Shown here in pieces: positions 59,955-64,000 of a stretch of DNA of 64,000 bases (position 1 is its first letter; every line of letters begins with the position of its first letter). The notes under the pieces are model-generated. The model had not been told where the DNA came from, searched no databases, and was given only the letters and a program-made list of their open reading frames with translations. The stretch comes from Balanoglossus misakiensis (lineage: Eukaryota; Animalia; Hemichordata), in assembly GCA_040954595.2 (NCBI GenBank), contig CM082587.2, forward strand, positions 10,235,403 to 10,299,402, written 5' to 3'. The position numbers and the translations under genes are program-made.

Positions 59955-61059
59955 GAATTTTTCCTTTTTCTTAACTTTTGCATTAAACAGTCTTCCTTTT
60001 TGTCGTCGTAAACGTCCATTTTTAATTATTTTTTTTGTCCAAATTCTTTAATTCCATGATCATATATTTTTGTTGAACATAACTTCATAAAGCGTTCTCT
60101 CCTGTATAGGTCTAAGCTATAGGCGCTCGATGGACAACATACAAATTACCAGGTCGGGCTCGGAGTGAGTAGTGTCCATCTTACGTTGAGTTCATTGTCG
60201 CAGAAATTCAAGCAGTCTTCATTACATTGTTTTTAATTTCCTATTAGGCCTAAATAGTATATTTATTAATTGTCGTCATATACATCAACTTCTTTCTTTC
60301 TTTAAATTCATGATTTCTATAACTACCTCAATTCCACGATCATTCAAGTTTTCTTTTGCAGAACATAGCAAAACAAAACCGTTCGCTCTCGTGCTGTTTG
60401 CGTGTGTTAGTACTAGGCTAAAGCTTCGTTTGGGTAAATAGTCGCAGAAACTCCAGCGGCTTTCAATTTTTGGTTTTTAAGTCCAATTTGGTGTATGATG
60501 TTAATATACCATTGGGACCTTATGGGGTCGGTTACATCTGTATGTCATAAACGTCATTTTTTTTTTAAAAATTCATCTTTCAAGTGTTCTGCATAACATG
60601 CCAAGACAAACCCGTTCCCTCCAATATAAGATAGGGACGGTAATCAATTGCAATAGGGGCCTAATAAACAGAGGATGGTCTAAAAGATATCGTTGGTGGT
60701 GCTATCCCGGACAGCCAGGGTCACGATGGGGTCACGTACGTCTATGATACCGCAAACAAGTCAACTCCACGCTAAATTCAACCTGTCCGCCGGACTGGTA
60801 ACTTTTTTACTATCAGTCTGATGGAAAAACAACCAGTCTCGGACTGTTGGACAGGCGTTATTTCGAATAGTGTGTCTTGCATAACATACCAATATAGGCC
60901 TTAGATAGGGACGGTCGATCGGCCACACAAATTATCAGGTCATTATTTCTCCACTTTAATATGGTCACTTTTTGTAGGATATAACAAGACAAAACCGCTC
61001 TCTCCCATATAAATTATAAGATAGGGTCGGTCAATCAGCTGGCCACGCACACAATTATC

Positions 61060-61109
61060 GTTAGTACTTGGATGGGTGACCGCCTGGGAATACCACGTGC
61101 CGTAGGCTT
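61060..61109 (+). pseudogene. 5'-deleted 5S rRNA (3' 50 nt only)
   Basis: The spacer is joined directly to GTTAGTACTTGGATGGG... Confidence 0.92.
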
Positions 61110-62296
61110 GAATTTTTCCTTTTTCTTAACTTTTGCATTAAACAGTCTTCCTTTTTGTCGTCGTAAACGTCCATTTTTAATTATTTTTTTTTGTCCAAAT
61201 TCTTTAATTCCATGATCATATATTTTTGTTGAACATAACTTCATAAACCGTTCTCTCCTGTATAGGTCTAAGCTATAGGCGCACGATGGACAACATACAA
61301 ATTACCAGGTCGGGCTCGGAGTGAGTAGTGTCCATCTTACGTTGAGTTCATTGTCGCAGAAATTCAAGCAGTCTTCATTACATTGTTTTTAAACTTTCCT
61401 ATTAGGCCTAAATAGTATATTTATTAATTGTCGTCATATACATCAACTTCTTTCTTTCTTTAAATTCATGATTTCTATAACTACCTCAATTCCACGATCA
61501 TTCAATTTTTTTTGCAGAACATAGCAAAACAAAACCGTTCGCTCTCGTGCTGTTTGCGGGTGTTAGTACTAGGCTAAAGCTTCGTTTGGGTAAATAGTCG
61601 CAGAAACTCCAGCGGTTTTCAATTTTTGGTTTTTAAGTCCAATTTGGTGTATGATGTTAATATACCATTGGGACCTTATGGGGTCGGTTACATCTGTATG
61701 TCATAAACGTCATTTTTTTAAAAAAAATTCATCTTTCAAGTGTTTTGCATAACATGCCAAGACAAACCCGTTCCCTCCAATATAAGATAGGGACGGTAAT
61801 TAATTGCAATAGGGGCCTAATAAACAGAGGATGGTCTAAAAGATATCGTTGGTGGTGCTATCCCGGACAGCCAGGGTCACGATGGGGTCACGTACGTCTA
61901 TGATACCGCAAACAAGTCAACTCCACGCTAAAGTCAACCTGTCCGCCGGACTGGTAACTTTTTTACTATCAGTCTGATGGAAAAACAACCAGTCTCGGAC
62001 TGTCGGACAGGCGTTATTTCGAATAGTGTGTCTTGCATAACATACCAATATAGGCCTTAGATAGGGACGGTCGATCGGCCACACAAATTATCAGGTCATT
62101 ATTTCTCCACTTTAATATGGTCACTTTTTGTAGGATATAACAAGACAAAACCGCTCTCTCCCATATAAATTATAAGATAGGGTCGGTCAATCAGCTGGCC
62201 ACGCACACAATTATCGTGCCGCGTGCTCTGTGTGTACGCCTATGTGTTAGTGAAGCTTCCTTTTGCTTAATAATCGTAGAAATTCAAGCAGTGTTT

Positions 62297-62415
62297 GCCT
62301 ACGGCCATACCACGTCGAATACACCGGTTCTCGTCCGATCACCGAAGTTAAGCTGGTTGGGCGTGCTTAGTACTTGGATGGGTGACCGCCTGGGAATACC
62401 ACGTGCCGTAGGCTT
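62297..62415 (+). rRNA. 5S rRNA gene (119 nt, variant)
   Basis: As copy 1, with a 1-nt deletion and private substitutions; T5 terminator. Confidence 0.9.
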
Positions 62416-63525
62416 GAATTTTTCCTTTTTCTTAACTTTTGCATTAAACAGTCTTCCTTTTTGTCGTCGTAAACGTCCATTTTTAATTATTTTTTTTCTC
62501 CAAATTCTTTAATTCCATGATCATATATTTTTGTTGAACATAACTTCATAAACCGTTCTCTCCTGTATAGGTCTAAGCTATAGGCGCTCGATGGACAACA
62601 TACAAATTACCAGGTCGGGCTCGGAGTGAGTAGTGTCCAGCTTACGTTGAGTTCATTGTCGCAGAAATTCAAGCAGTCTTCATTACATTGTTTTTAAACT
62701 TTCCTATTAGGCCTAAATAGTCTATTTATTATTTGTCGTCATATACATCAACTTCTTTCTTTCTTTAAATTCATGATTTCTATAACTACCTCAATTCCAC
62801 GATCATTCAAGTTTGTTTGTTTTGCAGAACATAGCAAAACAAAACCGTTCGCTCTCGTGCTGTTTGCGTGTGTTAGTACTAGGCTAAAGCTTCGTTTGGG
62901 TAAATAGTCGCAGAAAATCCAGCGGCTTTCAATTTTTGGTTTTTAAGTCCAATTTGGTGTATGATGTTAATATACCATCGGGACCTTATGGGGTCGGTTA
63001 AATCTGAATGTCATAAACGTCATTTTTTTAAAAAAAATTCATCTTTCAAGTGTTTTGCATAATAGGCCAAGACAAACCCGTTCCCTCCAATAAAAGATAG
63101 GGACGGTAATTAATTGCAATAGGGGCCTAATAAACAGAGGATGGTCTAAAAGATATCGTTGGTGGTGCTATCTCGGACAGCCAGGGTCACGATGGGGTCA
63201 CGTACGTCTATGATACCGCAAACAAGTCAACTCCACGCTAAATTCAACCTCTCCGCCGGACTGGTAACTTTTTTACTATCAGTCTGATGGAAAAACAACC
63301 AGTCTCGGACTGTTGGACAGGCGTTATTTCGAATAGTGTGTCTTGCATAACATACCAATATAGGCCTTAGATAGGGACGGTCGATCGGCCACACAAATTA
63401 TCAGGTCATTATTTCTCCACTTTAATATGGTCACTTTTTGTAGGATATAACAAGACAAAACCGCTCTCTCCCATATAAATTATAAGATAGGGTCGGTCAA
63501 TCAGCTGGCCACGCACACAATTATC

Positions 63526-63575
63526 GTTAGTACTTGGATGGGTGACCGCCTGGGAATACCACGTGCCGTAGGCTT
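63526..63575 (+). pseudogene. 5'-deleted 5S rRNA (3' 50 nt only)
   Basis: Same junction as at 61060. Confidence 0.92.
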
Positions 63576-64000
63576 GAATTTTTCCTTTTTCTTAACTTTT
63601 GCATTAAACAGTCTTCCTTTTTGTCGTCGTAAACGTCCATTTTTAATTATTTTTTTTTGTCCAAATTCTTTAATTCCATGATCATATATTTTTGTTGAAC
63701 ATAACTTCATAAACCGTTCTCTCCTGTATAGGTCTAAGCTATAGGCGCACGATGGACAACATACAAATTACCAGGTCGGGCTCGGAGTGAGTAGTGTCCA
63801 TCTTACGTTGAGTTCATTGTCGCAGAAATTCAAGCAGTCTTCATTACATTGTTTTTAAACTTTCCTATTAGGCCTAAATAGTATATTTATTAATTGTCGT
63901 CATATACATCAACTTCTTTCTTTCTTTAAATTCATGATTTCTATAACTACCTCAATTCCACGATCATTCAATTTTTTTTGCAGAACATAGCAAAACAAAA

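Larger units (their letters stand above)
59112..64000 (+). repeat. 5S rDNA tandem array, alternating ~1.31-kb and ~1.16-kb units
   Basis: ctaaagcttcgt recurs at 59112, 60418, 61574 and 62884; the array runs off the window end. Confidence 0.95.

Overview
Animal (probably marine invertebrate, taxon not determinable) repeat-dense window with no recognisable intact host protein gene. From left to right it holds: a tyrosine-recombinase (YR) fragment; an Ngaro/DIRS-type retroelement (gag with SAM-like and CCCH domains, RT-RNase H, split direct repeats, YR deleted); several MITEs and minisatellites; and an 8.3-kb tandem segmental duplication carrying a broken Crypton. The second copy of that duplication has received three insertions whose empty sites are visible in copy 1: (i) a 5'-truncated LINE; (ii) an apparently intact 8.8-kb Ginger/GingerRoot-like DDE transposon with a 6-bp TSD and 1-2 kb minisatellite termini, whose spliced 824-aa protein joins integrase, an OTU deubiquitinase and an F-box-like motif; (iii) a 12.5-kb element with a 9-bp TSD, containing a decayed IS3EU-like transposon whose second gene fuses a TDP-43 N-terminal-like domain to a HECT E3 ligase. 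The window ends in a 5S rDNA array that alternates full-length and 5'-deleted genes. The most notable signal is two unrelated integrase-type DNA transposons that each carry ubiquitin-system modules. All domain calls are from motif recognition by eye; no searches were run.
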